This document shows, in pieces, positions 59,135-64,000 of a DNA stretch of 64,000 nt (positions within the stretch are counted from its first letter, which is position 1; every line of letters begins with the position of its first letter). This DNA is from Acidimicrobiia bacterium. Its GTDB lineage: Bacteria > Actinomycetota > Acidimicrobiia > UBA2766. Where the stretch lies: assembly GCA_038904395.1 (NCBI GenBank), contig JBCKKC010000001.1:25759-89758 (forward strand). Direction: 5' to 3'. A program made the translations under genes and the position numbers. A model generated the notes under the pieces. It worked only from the letters and a program-made list of their open reading frames with translations. It had not been told where the DNA came from and did not search any database.

Positions 59135-59360
59135 CCCTCCGTTATTGCGAGCGTAGCGAGCAATTCGAAACTGACCCACCGTATCAGTTGGTCTGCGGCT
59201 TCGCCGCAGGTGGATCCTCACGGTCGCCTAGCGGCTCCCTCAGGATGACGAACGGGGGGGGCTTCGCCCCTCCCGCTGCACTCACGACTTGCTCGGGGGC
59301 AGGCTCTGCTTCGCTACGCTCGCAATGAGTGAGGGGCGGCTGGGCCGCCCCTCACTGTAC
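59135..59360. mobile_element. MITE-like repeat element, copy E18 (immediately 3' of tRNA-Val), ending in a 12-bp GC hairpin
   Basis: CCGTTATTGCGAGCGTAGCGAGCAATTCGAAA .. GGTCTGCGGCTTCGCCGCAGGTGGATCC .. CCCTCAGGATGACG .. TTCGCTACGCTCGCAATGAGTGAGGGGCGGCTGGGCCGCCCCTCAC. Confidence 0.75.
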
Positions 59361-59367
59361 GACGGAA

Positions 59368-59784
59368 CTAACCTGGCATTACGCCCAGTTGTTGCATCAT
59401 TTGCATCTGGTCGTAGTAGCCCCAGCGCTCGGCCAACTTGTCGTGCTTGATGTGCACGTAGTCGATTCCGCCGACCGTAATTCGCTTGCCTGTGGGCGGA
59501 ATACCGGCAAATTCGCCTTTGTGCGTACCAGATATGGTGATACGAGCCGTGGCTTTGTCTCCCTCAACACAGATGTCACTGGCCTCGATTTTGAAGTCAG
59601 GAAAAGCCTTTACCAACTCTTGGAACTCTGCCTTGATGTCAGCGAGGCCCTTGCCAGTGCGTCCTTGAAGAGGGGTGTGGTTGATGGCATCTTCGGGCAT
59701 GAAGTCGCCGATCTTGTCCCACTGGCCGTCGCTTGCAGCGTCGTAAAAGTTTTTCAATAGCTGTTGGTGCTTGTGCTCAAACAT
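59368..59784 (-). CDS. SnoaL-like ester cyclase (NTF2-fold)
   Basis: ..DAINHTP..G..G...IKAEFQELVKAFPDFKIE...GDKA..R...SGTHKGEFAGIPPTGK is the ester-cyclase family pattern. Confidence 0.65.
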   Translation of the reverse strand: MFEHKHQQLLKNFYDAASDGQWDKIGDFMPEDAINHTPLQGRTGKGLADIKAEFQELVKAFPDFKIEASDICVEGDKATARITISGTHKGEFAGIPPTGKRITVGGIDYVHIKHDKLAERWGYYDQMQMMQQLGVMPG

Positions 59785-59832
59785 TTAGTTCTCCTTAAGA
59801 TTCGTTTTCGTACTGGCGCTAGTTAAAGCTAC

Positions 59833-60243
59833 CTATTGGGTCACGCCGAGTTGCTGCATCATCGCTGCCACGTCAAAGTAGCCCCAGTGCTCGATTGCTT
59901 TGCCGTCACGGAAGCAGACCCAGCCAAGACTGCCAACGTCAATGCGTTTGCCCGTAGCAGGAATGCCAGCAAACTCGCCCTTGTGAGTGCCCGTCCAGCG
60001 GATCAGAGTGATGACATTCTCGCCGTGAGCAACTTCATCTTCGATAACAATTTGCATGTCCGGAAAGGCGGTGATGAAACCGTCAAAGCCGGCCTGTATA
60101 GCTTTGAGGCCTTTACTATCGAACCCTGGTGGGGGGGTATGATCGATGCAGTCATCGGCAACATAGTCGCCTAGACGTGATGTGTCTTTGTTGTTGAGGC
60201 AATCAATCATGGCCCTGTTGGCCTTTTTGTTGCGGTGCTCCAT
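59833..60243 (-). CDS. SnoaL-like ester cyclase (tandem paralog)
   Basis: Same motif series (..CIDHTPPPG..GFDGFITAFPDMQI..TGTHKGEFAGIPATGKRI). Confidence 0.65.
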   Translation of the reverse strand: MEHRNKKANRAMIDCLNNKDTSRLGDYVADDCIDHTPPPGFDSKGLKAIQAGFDGFITAFPDMQIVIEDEVAHGENVITLIRWTGTHKGEFAGIPATGKRIDVGSLGWVCFRDGKAIEHWGYFDVAAMMQQLGVTQ

Positions 60244-60347
60244 TGTTGTTCCTCCATTGAAGATGAGCAGTGCACAAGATGCATTTGCTCAGGAGAGGGG
60301 AGCATACCTGCCGCCTTGGCTCAAAGAGAAATCCGCCGGCGACCCGC

Positions 60348-60566
60348 AACCATTCACCCCTTCCGTCATCCTGAGGGAGCGCAGCGACCGTGAGGATCCA
60401 CCTGCGGCGAAGCCGCAGAACAACCCGCATTTTCGATCCATTTTTGAATTGCTCGCTGCGCTCGCAAAAGATGTGAAGCCTGGATTGCGAGCCCTGCCAA
60501 AGCCCAGGGCTCGCAATGACAGTAGGTCTGGTAGCGCGAAACTGGCTAGGGGGATGCGAATGGCTA
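60348..60566. mobile_element. MITE-like repeat element, copy E19 (full length)
   Basis: CAACCATTCACC .. CGTCATCCTGAGGGAGCGCAGCGACCGTGAGGATCCACCTGCGGCGAAGCCGCAGAAC .. TTTTTGAATTGCTCGCTGCGCTCGCAAAAG .. CCAGGGCTCGCAATGAC .. GGGGGATGCGAATGGCTAC. Confidence 0.8.
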
Positions 60567-60578
60567 CCCGAGATGGGC

Positions 60579-62075
60579 TCAACCCGCCGCCGAGTTGTCG
60601 AGGAGCTGCTTGACCAGGGAATTCGCCGTGTTGGGATTGGCCTTGCCGCGAGAGGCTTTCATGACTTGGCCGACAAGAAAACCTAGAATCTTGTCGTTGC
60701 CGGCTCTGAATTTCTCAACGGCATCAAGGTTGTTGTCAAGCACCTCACGAATCAGGCTTGTTATTTCATCCGTGTCGGAGACTTGAGCAAGACCTTGTTG
60801 GGTAACGATTTCTTGCGGCCCGGTGCCATGCTTCTCCGCCCTCAGCACATCAGCAACAACGTTGCGAGCCAGTTTCTTCGAGAGAGTGCCGACGCTGATC
60901 AGTTCTGTGAGCTCAACAAAACTGCCCACGGGCAAGTTCACATCGACAAAGTCTATTGCCGAGTCATTCATAAACGCTAAGACTTCTTGCGAGGCCCAGT
61001 TGAAGCTGGATCGAGCATCCGCTCCGGCAGCGATTTCGCTCTCAACCCAGTCGGCCATATCTTTCGTGTAGATCACAGACCCCGCCAGCTCAGCGGGGAC
61101 GCCATATTCCTCAACGAAATACCTGACTCGAGCTGCCGGCAATTGCGCTGGCACGGTCTCGGCCACTTGGGCGATCCAAGCCTGATCAGGCTTAATCGGC
61201 ACTAGATCGGGCTCAGGGAAATAGCGGTAGTCGAAGGCTTCTTCTTTGGACCGCAGAGTGTGCGTGCGGCCTTCATCCTCATTCCAATGGCGTGTCTCTT
61301 GGGCAATGGAGTCACCACTGGCCAAGACAGCCTTCTGCCGGCCAATCTCGTATTCGAGTGCTCGTTGCAGGCTTCGCAGCGAGTTCATGTTCTTGACTTC
61401 GACCTTCGTGCCAAGCTTGGAGTCGCCCTTGGGACGCAAAGAAACGTTGGCGTCGACCCGCAGTGAGCCTTCCTCCATTTTGACGTCCGAAATTTCTAGC
61501 ATCTCCAAGATCGCCCGCAGCTCGGCAACATACGACCGGGCCTGGTCGGGATTACGAATGTCAGGTTTCGAAACAATCTCTAGCAGTGGCACACCAGAAC
61601 GGTTGTAGTCGACGAGGGTGTAAGTCGCTCCGTGGATACGGCCGCCGCCACCACCAACGTGACGTGACTTGCCGGTGTCCTCTTCAAGGTGGGCTCGCTC
61701 CAGCTGCACGGTAAAGGTCTCACCTTGGGAATCAAGCGCCTCGATCGTGCCGCCCCGACAAATTGGCTCATCATACTGGCTGATCTGGAAGTCTTTGGGC
61801 ATGTCAGGATAGAAATAGTTCTTGCGATGGAAGATGGCACGGCCAATCTCGGACCCAACAGCGAGACCAAAGCGCATCGCCAATTCAACGGCCTGCTTGT
61901 TGATGACGGGTAAGGAACCAGGCAGTCCCAAACAGACCGGGCAAGTACGAGTATTGGGCTCGCCGCCAAACTCATTACGACAACTACAAAACATGCCCGA
62001 CTCAGTCTTGAGCTCGGCGTGAACTTCAAGCCCAATTACTGGCTCAAACTCGATTGTCTTTTCACTGGGCACCAT
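60579..62075 (-). CDS. gatB: Asp-tRNA(Asn)/Glu-tRNA(Gln) amidotransferase subunit B
   Basis: EPVIGLEVHAEL, CPVCLGLPGSLPV, and the GatB/YqeY C-terminal domain. 498 aa. Confidence 0.92.
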   Translation of the reverse strand: MVPSEKTIEFEPVIGLEVHAELKTESGMFCSCRNEFGGEPNTRTCPVCLGLPGSLPVINKQAVELAMRFGLAVGSEIGRAIFHRKNYFYPDMPKDFQISQYDEPICRGGTIEALDSQGETFTVQLERAHLEEDTGKSRHVGGGGGRIHGATYTLVDYNRSGVPLLEIVSKPDIRNPDQARSYVAELRAILEMLEISDVKMEEGSLRVDANVSLRPKGDSKLGTKVEVKNMNSLRSLQRALEYEIGRQKAVLASGDSIAQETRHWNEDEGRTHTLRSKEEAFDYRYFPEPDLVPIKPDQAWIAQVAETVPAQLPAARVRYFVEEYGVPAELAGSVIYTKDMADWVESEIAAGADARSSFNWASQEVLAFMNDSAIDFVDVNLPVGSFVELTELISVGTLSKKLARNVVADVLRAEKHGTGPQEIVTQQGLAQVSDTDEITSLIREVLDNNLDAVEKFRAGNDKILGFLVGQVMKASRGKANPNTANSLVKQLLDNSAAG

Positions 62076-62243
62076 TCACGTCCTCCGTCATCCTGAGCCC
62101 TGGCGCCAGCCAGGGCGTGGGGATCCATCTGTGGCGAAGCCGCAGGTCCACCCTAAGATTCGATCCATTTTGAATTGCTCGCTGCGCTCCCAACACAGTA
62201 AAGTCTGGATTGCTTCGTTCCTCGCAATGACGATCGTGGTTAC
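62069..62243. mobile_element. MITE-like repeat element, copy E20 (in the gatA-gatB spacer)
   Basis: CACCATTCACGTCC terminus (contains the gatB start codon on the minus strand), CGTCATCCTGAGCCCTGGCGCCAGCCAGGGCGTGGGGATCC, CTGTGGCGAAGCCGCAGGTCCACC, TTTTGAATTGCTCGCTGCGCTCCCAA, and ..CGCAATGACGATCGTGGTTAC. Confidence 0.8.
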
Positions 62244-62258
62244 AACCCTTGGAACTAA

Positions 62259-63719
62259 TCATGCAATCCTCTCACCCACTGCGGCCTCAACCCCTGCTGC
62301 GGCCCTGAACATCAGTGCCTCACCCAGAGCGGGTGCCAACACTTGGAATCCGATCGGCAACCCTTGTGGGTCTTCGCCACAACGAAGGGAAATAGCCGGA
62401 TGGCCCGCCAGGTTGCTGGGGATTGTACAAAAGTCTGACATGTACATCGTGAGCGGATCATCCATGCGTTCGCCCAGCTTGAACGCCACAGTCGGCGACG
62501 TCGGAGAACACAGTACGTCTGCTTGGCTGTAAGCCTTGGCCAGATCGTTAATTACCAGGGTGCGGACCCGTTGCGCCTGTGCATAGTAAGCGTCGAAATA
62601 GCCAGCGGAGAGAGCGTAAGTGCCCAGCATGATGCGCCGTTTCACTTCGGCGCCAAAGCCTGCCTCACGGGTGGCCCGGTTCATCGTCTCGACATCAGCC
62701 CCCGGATCCACTCGCAATCCGTAGCGCACCCCATCGAAGCGGGCCAAGTTCGACGACGCTTCCGCTGGCGCAATCAGATAGTAAGCGCTCAACGCGTGCT
62801 CGACCGAGGGCAGCGACACTTCCACAATCTCCACGCCGAGCGCGTCGAGCTTGTCAAGTGTGCGGCGGAATGAGGCCAGCACCTCGGGTTCGAAACCCTC
62901 GCCGTCAGAAAATTCCTTGATAACACCAAATTTGAGTCCGGCTAGACCGTCGGTGAGACTCGCCATGACGTCATCGCCCGAGTCGGGAATACTAGTTGCG
63001 TCGCGGGGGTCGCTGCCTGCCATGGCTTGATATACGAGGGCAGCATCATGCACGTTGTTGGTCAACGGACCGATCTGGTCTAGAGAACTGGCAAAGGCCA
63101 CGAGCCCGTAGCGACTGACTCGACCGTACGTCGGTTTCATCCCCACAGTGCCAGTCAGGGACGCAGGCTGACGGATTGATCCTCCCGTGTCGCTGCCGAG
63201 TCCCACCGGCACAAGTCCGGCAGCCACCGCCGCCGCGCTCCCGCCTGAAGATCCACCGGGAACTCGGGTCAAGTCATGCGGATTATGTGTCGGCCCGAAA
63301 GCCGAGTTCTCGGTACTTGAGCCCATCGCGAACTCATCGAGGTTGGTTTTGCCAACTACAACAGCGCCGGCCGAAATTAAGCGCTCAACAGCCGTTGCTG
63401 TATATGGAGGCTGCCACTTACCAAGAATGTCAGACGCGCACGTCGTCGGAATCCCCTCGATGCACATGTTGTCTTTGATGGCCACGGGCACACCGGCGAG
63501 AGGGCCCGGATCGCCACCGGCCGCCACTGTGGCATCGACTGCCGCAGCTTGAGCCAGGGCCAGTTCGGTAGTGACCTCCAAGAAGGCACCAATTTGGTCG
63601 TCCTTCTTGCCGATCTCCGCCAAATATTTTTGGCACACGTCAGAGGCACTTGTCTGACCAGAGCGCACTGACTGTGCTATCACATGAGCAGGATCGGAGA
63701 ATTTCGCTAATTTTGCCAT
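62259..63719 (-). CDS. gatA: Glu-tRNA(Gln) amidotransferase subunit A (amidase)
   Basis: Amidase signature GGSSGGSAAAVAAG and Ser-cisSer-Lys triad context. 486 aa. Confidence 0.92.
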   Translation of the reverse strand: MAKLAKFSDPAHVIAQSVRSGQTSASDVCQKYLAEIGKKDDQIGAFLEVTTELALAQAAAVDATVAAGGDPGPLAGVPVAIKDNMCIEGIPTTCASDILGKWQPPYTATAVERLISAGAVVVGKTNLDEFAMGSSTENSAFGPTHNPHDLTRVPGGSSGGSAAAVAAGLVPVGLGSDTGGSIRQPASLTGTVGMKPTYGRVSRYGLVAFASSLDQIGPLTNNVHDAALVYQAMAGSDPRDATSIPDSGDDVMASLTDGLAGLKFGVIKEFSDGEGFEPEVLASFRRTLDKLDALGVEIVEVSLPSVEHALSAYYLIAPAEASSNLARFDGVRYGLRVDPGADVETMNRATREAGFGAEVKRRIMLGTYALSAGYFDAYYAQAQRVRTLVINDLAKAYSQADVLCSPTSPTVAFKLGERMDDPLTMYMSDFCTIPSNLAGHPAISLRCGEDPQGLPIGFQVLAPALGEALMFRAAAGVEAAVGERIA

Positions 63720-63806
63720 TGCATACTCTCTCTGGGCGCTAGGGGCGAAAGTGGCTTGACCAATAGTCTGGAGGGGTCCATTACGAGGATTGGGAGTCTG
63801 AGTCGA

Positions 63807-64000
63807 CTACTCCAGGATACGAGGCACCTTGAAGCAGTTGTCTTCTTGGGCGGGCGCTTGGGCCAGCACAACATCGCGAGCTAGAGACTCTCTAACAACG
63901 TCCTCACGCAACACATTGGCAAGCGCAATTGGGTGTGCTGTGGGCTCCACACCGCTTGTATCAGCGGTTTCGATCTTGTCAGCATGGTCCAAAATATCTG
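63807..64000 (-). CDS. gatC: Asp/Glu-tRNA amidotransferase subunit C (N-terminus beyond window end)
   Basis: ..VEPTAHPIALANVLREDVV..APAQEDNCFKVPRILE is the GatC C-terminal signature. The frame is open to position 64000. Confidence 0.7.
   Translation of the reverse strand, partial: DILDHADKIETADTSGVEPTAHPIALANVLREDVVRESLARDVVLAQAPAQEDNCFKVPRILE

Overview
This 64 kb window is moderately high-GC bacterial DNA. The gene content suggests an actinobacterium-like organism, though taxonomy is uncertain: lipobox lipoproteins, Mtb-style Phd/VapB-VapC toxin-antitoxin remnants, a TopoNM-like truncated type IIA topoisomerase pair, DUF2505, and gatCAB. There are about 45 credible CDSs and one tRNA-Val(TAC).

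Conserved core genes include murB (5' partial), rtcB, menB, menA and gatC-gatA-gatB. There is also a catabolic block containing leucine dehydrogenase, a fused E1 alpha/beta 2-oxo-acid dehydrogenase, acyl-CoA carboxylase beta and alpha (liu/atu-type), an AtuA-family protein and an acyl-CoA dehydrogenase. Further core genes are glpD, a glycerophosphodiester phosphodiesterase and an MFS transporter.

The left half (about 1-26 kb) looks accessory. It holds two large NHL-repeat secreted or lipoproteins, one of them a roughly 1,230 aa NHL, coiled-coil and unknown C-terminal domain protein. It also holds an AsnB-like protein that lacks the Cys1 nucleophile, XRE, Fic, several degraded TA modules, a REC-GAF-PP2C regulator, and secreted repeat proteins. 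Three adjacent sulfotransferase genes (four PAPS-binding domains) abut the giant NHL gene.

The dominant non-genic signal is a family of about 20 copies of a 120-265 bp modular, highly palindromic MITE-like element, roughly one per 3 kb. Full copies end in terminal inverted repeats GTAACCATTCACGTCC / GGACGTGAATGGTTAC. Copies sit in intergenic spacers, including inside the menB-menA, accA-atuA and gatA-gatB operons. One copy has replaced the 5' part of a vapC gene. Two copies are inserted in-frame into coding sequences (the acyl-CoA carboxylase alpha linker and the AtuA inter-domain linker), as Rickettsia RPE elements do. The element end carries an outward-facing GGAGG plus ATG that is used as the start codon of menA, atuA and gatB.

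Other oddities are a (CGAGCTCC)6 microsatellite, a strongly C+A-skewed 350 bp non-coding tract, and a lower-GC lipoprotein gene lying within the carboxylase cluster.
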